This document shows, in pieces, positions 54,889 through 64,000 of a stretch of DNA of 64,000 bases (positions within the stretch are counted from its first letter, which is position 1; each line of letters begins with the position of its first letter). The notes under the pieces are model-generated. The model was not told the origin of the DNA and made no database searches. It was given only the letters and a program-made list of their open reading frames with translations. A program made the translations under genes and the position numbers. The stretch comes from Antedon mediterranea (Eukaryota > Animalia > Echinodermata), in contig NC_092670.1 of NCBI RefSeq assembly GCF_964355755.1, forward strand, positions 12,510,795-12,574,794, in the 5' to 3' direction.

Positions 54889-56690
54889 CGGATGGTAAAG
54901 TGCCAAACTTTAAATTGTATAATTGGTTCCTTTAATCGCAGCCCCCCCCCCCCCCCGCCCCACGTGAGTTTTTTTTTCAGTGTATCCACCGAGAGGCCAA
55001 AAAACGGCCAATCATCTAGAGTTCTATACAGATTTACTGAGGTAGCCGGTACAGGCCACGTTTTCGCTGATTATAGGGGACGGGAGTAGGGGAGTCATTT
55101 TGTTCCCATTTTGTCAACCGCTAGATCCGCCGCTTGAATTCATTACCTCAGCTGAGGCATACGTTTGAGCTGCTAAACATGCAAATTCAACTTTTATACT
55201 AGACATTTTATTTTGTATGTAATTACAAGTCTCCCTCTAATGTAAAGACCACTTTTGGGGCCCAGGTTTAGTATCGTTGGTCTCGCATTAGAATCCTTCC
55301 AACTAAAGATAGAAATGTCAGAATGGTTTCTTGCTTCCAGAAGCTGGAGCGTAAATGTAATCAGTGTTCTGCTCTTTTTTGTATGTATTTCATGAACTAT
55401 AGTATCTGTCTGATTTTCAAATGTTCAATGGCTGTTCTACCTTAAAAATGCTTATTTATGTTTATCTTAAGTGGCCTTTAATTGGAGAGAAAACTTAAAA
55501 GAAAATTTTCAGCTAGGTTTACCCAACATGTAGTCTAATTAATTGGAGGGAGAGTCTATCGGAGGGAGACATGTACATTGTATCGCTTTAGTTATTTGTG
55601 AACATATTGAAAATATTTATATTAAAGTGACGTGTGTTATATTTTGTGGCTTATATTAATAATAATAATTATTATTAAAATAGTGTTAAGATTATTTTCT
55701 TTTTCTTGTTTGCCAAGCGTAGTAGTATTATTGAGCATGTACAATTCTATATTTTAATATATTATATTTAATTATCGCTGTTACAGAATGCTTAGTCCTC
55801 GATATCTTCTACCTCCCCGTAAGAATGCGGCTATCGGCTTAGTTGGTTTATAAATAGGCATATAACATGTCTTATGGACGTATTTAAAAGGCTATGTGAA
55901 AAGACGCCACAGGCTTTAGTTACTGTATATCTATATCGAAAACAGTCGCACGTTTAATGTCATGTTTAAGCCGAAGGATTTACAATGGAATGCAATCTAC
56001 TCTCTTTCGTCCGACGTCTACATAGTTGGCTAAACCATGTTGGTGGTTTTCCTAAGCTAAGAATAATCAGGGAAAGCATCTCTGGAATGATGCTTTAAAT
56101 GAGTAGGCCTACACATAAAAAACAATAGGTTAGGTGGCTTAGAATAAGAGTTTGAAAAGACGGTTATCCTCGTTTACATTCATATGGATCAAAAACAGTA
56201 TGTAAATAAATATTAGCAAAGAGACAGCAAATAACATGTTATCATTGTTTTCATAAATTGATAATTTCAATTTTCAATTCTTTTTTTAATACACTGTACA
56301 GATAGTAATGACGAGTATGTCGAGTCTGATGTACATTAAATCTCAGTACCTACCGAGTGATGGCGCTATAATATTTTTAAATAAAAATAAGCTTTTAAAA
56401 GCTTAGATCTGTACTGCTACAAACAGTAAAAATGGTTTTGTGGTTCAACAAACTACAGTAAATATATTTAAAAAATACTGTCTGTATATAATTTCAACTG
56501 TTATACATGTATGTATTTATTTTTTTTTTATATTTTATTGTGAAACCAGCTCTATAAATTAATGACAATGTTTGTTTTCATAAATAAAGTACAGTATTGC
56601 AACCATACCGTTAGTAATTTTATGTTCAACATTTTTATCTAAGTAAACATTTAGGGGGCCGGGCGTGGGTAATGTTTGGAGTGAAAGTGC

Positions 56691-56815
56691 GTTCCCGCGC
56701 GTAAATATGCAAATGAGACGAATGACTCGACGCAAACTGACATGATTGAAAATAAATGCGACAATGGCGTGTCATATCAAAACACAAAAAATAGCGTCAA
56801 AAGCATCGCGCGAAA
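56691..56815 (+). promoter_or_regulatory. CpG-rich XRCC2 promoter with E2F-like sites and an octamer
   Basis: TTCCCGCG at 56692, ATGCAAAT at 56707 and GCGCGAAA at 56808, directly upstream of the ATG at 56827. Confidence 0.45.
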
Positions 56816-56826
56816 AAAACTAAATA

Positions 56827-58269
56827 ATGTTCACGACGGAAGATGACGGCGATTTTAAGGAGACAGAAGTTGAAACTTGTGCTCAAGTTAGTGATTATTT
56901 TGAAAATATATATTAGTATATTATATTATTGTCTATCGGTAGTTATACACAGAAGTAGGTTCTGCTAGGCCTAGGCCAAGTCTTAGAATACTACAGCTCC
57001 ATCCCAACCAAGCAGCACCTTTCAGTGTGCGAGCGATCAAATGGAGCATGTTGTTTTTACGAAAGCTAAAATGGCCTACCTAGGCCTAAAGGTCAAGATA
57101 ATTTTTTTTAATTAGAAATAAATTTGGTAAGAAGCTATCTTAAATTGTAATAAAAAATACAATACCTCAGTCTCTTGTCATCTCACCAAGTTGTGTAGGC
57201 TACTTTGGAAGTTGGAAAAAGTTTGCCGTTTTTACTTTTGGTTTATGGAACGCCGTAAGGGATGTGGCAATAACAATTATGCAACACCGCCCTCTATGTT
57301 TTCATATTATTGCTTTTCTTTTTTTCCATTCAGCTTTTTCTAAGACTCGCGTCTAAACCATCTCTGGAGTTTCTGGATCGTCACCTATTTCCTTGCAATT
57401 TTCCTAAGCCTGGAGAAGTTATTGAAATTCATGGATCAAGTGCAACAGGCAAAACTGAACTTCTGATGAACCTAATGTCAAAGTGCATTCTTCCAAAACG
57501 TTGGAAAGGGATAGAAATTGATGGTTTTGAAGCTGAAGTACTTTTCATTGATACAGATTATAAATTCTCTGTGATGAAGCTACACCAAATGTTAAAGAAA
57601 CAATTATTAAAAATCATTAATTTAAAATCTGTTGAAGAGTTTTCCAGTTCTAGTTCTGGGGACACAAAAAGACAAAAACAAACCGATTCAAGTTCTATGG
57701 GTGAAGCAGTAAAGGTAAAAATAGATGAGTCTGTCTTGGAAGAACTGGTTAAATCTAGTTTAGACCGGTTATATCTTGTCAAATGCAGTAGCACCAATCA
57801 GCTGCTAATTACCCTACATTCAATAGAAGCCATATTTTCACAGCATCCTCAATTGACTGTCCTGATGTTGGACAACTTATCGGCATTTTATTGGGAGGAT
57901 CGAATTAGAACTGGTGACAATTGGACAAAATTTGAAGAATTAAATAATAAGGTTTTGACATTGTTACAAACATTAATTAAAGAGTACAATTTAGTTTTGT
58001 TTTTAACCAAAAACTCGACACCAATGCAGGGTGTGAAAGGTGGTAAAGCGTCTAGCAGTACAGATTTAGACCAAAACGAAAGCTTTAATACTAAATCTTG
58101 GTGCAAAATATCAAACTACAGGTTAATTTTGACAAGAACTGATTTTCCATTTCCCATTATGGTTGATGGAGACAAAAGGCATTCATCTTTTTGTGTGAAA
58201 GTATTTTATCAGGGGCAACAGCATCAATGTAAATTGTATATATCATCTGATGGGATATCATATGCATAA
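56827..58269 (+). CDS. XRCC2: DNA repair protein XRCC2 (RAD51 paralog), about 331 aa, 2 exons
   Basis: Exons 56827-56886 and 57334-58269 join as ETCAQ|LFLRL (compare ESGTE|LLARL in human). Walker A GSSATGKT; CILPKRW; VLFIDTDYKF; LDNLSAFYWEDR. Confidence 0.92.
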
Positions 58270-58791
58270 TTATGTATGTGCAGTAATACCTCAATTGAAA
58301 TTAAATAAAACTTTGTATAATTGGATTTGGTTTTCTTTATTATCATAAAATATCTTATTTTTATTTTAACTACTTAAAAAAGGTAAATTATGTCCATTTT
58401 AAAATTAATGTATCATAAATAAAAATAGCTATAATACTGCAGTAATTATTATTTGCTTATAGCACCACCAATTTTAAATATATTCTTTTATATAAATTAA
58501 TATTAGTTTACATATTTAAGCAGTAAAATCAATTTCAATGTTCTAGAAGAATGATAGCCATTTATTTATTTTTAGTTTTCATCATATGATTATATTGGAA
58601 ATTATACACTATTTTACCTCTTGGTTTAATTATCATGATTTTAATTTATTAATAATCATCACAGAATGAGAATGGGGAAATACATGTTAGGCTTGGTAAT
58701 CCAATTAGAAAAACCTCTCAAACCCAGTAAAATCCCTGAGACTGGTTCTGGTTACAGTTACCAAATATAGCCAAGCCAAGATTTTTGGTAT

Positions 58792-63900
<5,109 letters not shown>

Positions 63901-64000
63901 CTGTGAAAAGATAAATAACATGTTAAAAGTACACCTCTCTTGATTGTAATAGGAAACAATCTCTTAAAAGATCTCTAAAGCTCTGTCTACACTATCAAAC

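Overview
AT-rich, intron-containing animal genomic DNA, not prokaryotic. An invertebrate deuterostome such as an echinoderm is plausible from gene and repeat content, but that is inference. Five protein-coding genes were reconstructed by hand across GT-AG junctions: a PTCHD3-like patched-domain gene (+, 5329-8435), TAF5L (-, 15 exons, 27556-15540), a BMP5/6/7/8-family ligand (+, 6 exons, 35557-54888), XRCC2 (+, 56827-58269), and the 3' part of peroxisomal bifunctional enzyme EHHADH (-, from 63900 to 58792, ending in SKL). The non-coding DNA is dense in non-autonomous DNA transposons (Harbinger-, Kolobok-, Tc1/mariner-, MULE-, Crypton- and Academ-like) and LINE/SINE fragments. The most notable structures are four. 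(1) A 21-bp tandem array that multiplies an EHHADH 5' splice site, where use of any downstream copy would include a premature stop. (2) A self-nesting tandem array of a palindromic MITE. (3) A 3.6-kb foldback element with ~1.1-kb arms and a 3-bp TSD in a BMP intron. (4) A 4.5-kb TIR/TSD-bounded composite that fills almost all of TAF5L intron 1. I see no evidence of a new protein-based system; the novelty is in repeat architecture and splicing. Family assignments come from recognised motifs, not database searches.
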